DNA from: Balanoglossus misakiensis
Lineage: Eukaryota > Animalia > Hemichordata
DNA: 64,000 bases
Reading direction: 5' to 3'
Assembly (NCBI GenBank): GCA_040954595.2
Contig: CM082579.2
Span: 4,768,779-4,832,778 of the forward strand
Below are positions 63,001 to 64,000 of the stretch, piece by piece. The notes beneath the pieces are model-generated. The model was not told where the DNA came from and searched no databases. It worked only from the letters and a program-made list of their open reading frames with translations. Made by a program: the position numbers and the translations under genes. Numbering within the stretch: the stretch's first letter is position 1; each line of letters begins with the position of its first letter.

Positions 63001-64000
63001 ATCGTCCAAAATCGACGATTTTTCGACTTCGCGGATTTTCGAAATTTGGTGGTTTTTCGACAAAAACCATGGGTTATAGCTCATGAAAATCGTCCAAAAT
63101 CGACGATTTTTCGACTACGCGGATTTTCGAAATTTGGGTGTTTTTCGACAAAAACCATGGGTTATAGCTCATGAAAATCGTCCAAAATCGACGATTTTTC
63201 GACTTCGCGGATTTTCGAAATTTGGTGGATTTTCGACAAAAACCATGGGTTATAGCTCATGAAAATCGTCCAAAATCGACGATTTTTCGACTTCGCGGAT
63301 TTTCGAAATTTGGTGGTTTTCGACAAAAACCATGGGTTATAGCTCATGAAAATCGTCCAAAATCGACGATTTTTCGACTTCGCGGATTTTCGAAATTTGG
63401 TGGTTTTTCGACAAAAACCATGGGTTATAGCTCATGAAAATCGTCCAAAATCGACGATTTTTCGACTTCGCGGATTTTCGAAATTTGGTGGTTTTTCGAC
63501 AAAAACCATGGGTTATAGCTCATGAAAATCGTCCAAATCGACGATTTTTCGACTTCGCGGATTTTCGAAATTTGGTGGTTTTTCGACAAAAACCATGGGT
63601 TATAGCTCATGAAAATCGTCCAAAATCGACGATTTTTCGACTTCGCGGATTTTCGAATTTGGTGGTGTTTTCGACAAAAACCATGGGTTATAGCTCATGA
63701 AATCGTCCAAAATCGACGATTTTTCGACTTCGCGGATTTTCGAAATTGGTGGTTTTTCGACAAAACCATGGGTTATAGCTCATGAAAATCGTCCAAAATC
63801 GACGATTTTTCGACTTCGCGGATTTTCGAAATTGGTGGTTTTTCGACAAAAACATGGTTATAGCTCATGAAAAGCGTCCAAAATCGACGATTTTTCGACT
63901 TCGCGGATTTCGAAATTTGGTGTTTTTCGACAAAAACCATGGGTTATAGCTCATGAAAAAAATCGTCCAAAATCGACGATTTTCTGACTTCGCGATTTTC
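54069..64000 (+). repeat. 88-bp tandem satellite array (~113 copies in window, continues off the right edge)
   Basis: Monomer CATGGGTTATAGCTCATGAAAATCGTCCAAAATCGACGATTTTTCGACTTCGCGGATTTTCGAAATTTGGTGGTTTTTCGACAAAAAC repeated head-to-tail, with mostly homopolymer-length variation. Confidence 0.99.

Noticed and set aside
54069-64000. CRISPR array, or coding ORFs (MSYNPWFLSK..., MKIVQNRRFF...) in the tandem region
   Set aside because: Monomers are contiguous with no unique spacers and no cas genes. The ORFs are by-products of translating an 88-bp repeat with single-base indels.
54069-64000. CENP-B box and 12-mer higher-order repeat
   Set aside because: TTCGACTTCGCGG does not fit TTCGnnnnAnnCGGG. 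Variant spacing is irregular, and many differences are homopolymer indels that may be sequencing error.

Overview
Eukaryotic, intron-rich metazoan DNA; a marine invertebrate deuterostome is my inference from gene content only. The first ~50 kb holds eight genes in strictly alternating orientation, forming four head-to-head pairs. (1) The 5' end of ARMH3 (-) faces an EDAR/TROY-like TNF receptor with a death domain (+). (2) Two inverted SLC6 transporter paralogs: one canonical, one intact but with rewired substrate/Na+/Cl- site residues. (3) A NACHT-LRR NLR (-) whose only recognisable N-terminal module is a short RHIM/HET-s-like amyloid motif faces a nephronectin/EGFL6-like EGF protein (+) with an unusual FAM171/CILP-like + Sushi C-terminus. 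(4) Two inverted GT32 (DXD) glycosyltransferases with single-exon CDSs share an apparent gene-conversion tract. From ~54.07 kb to the end is a very homogeneous, CpG-rich 88-bp satellite array, preceded by older, CpG-depleted copies in the opposite orientation. Gene models were spliced by hand from GT-AG sites and family similarity recalled from memory. No searches were run.
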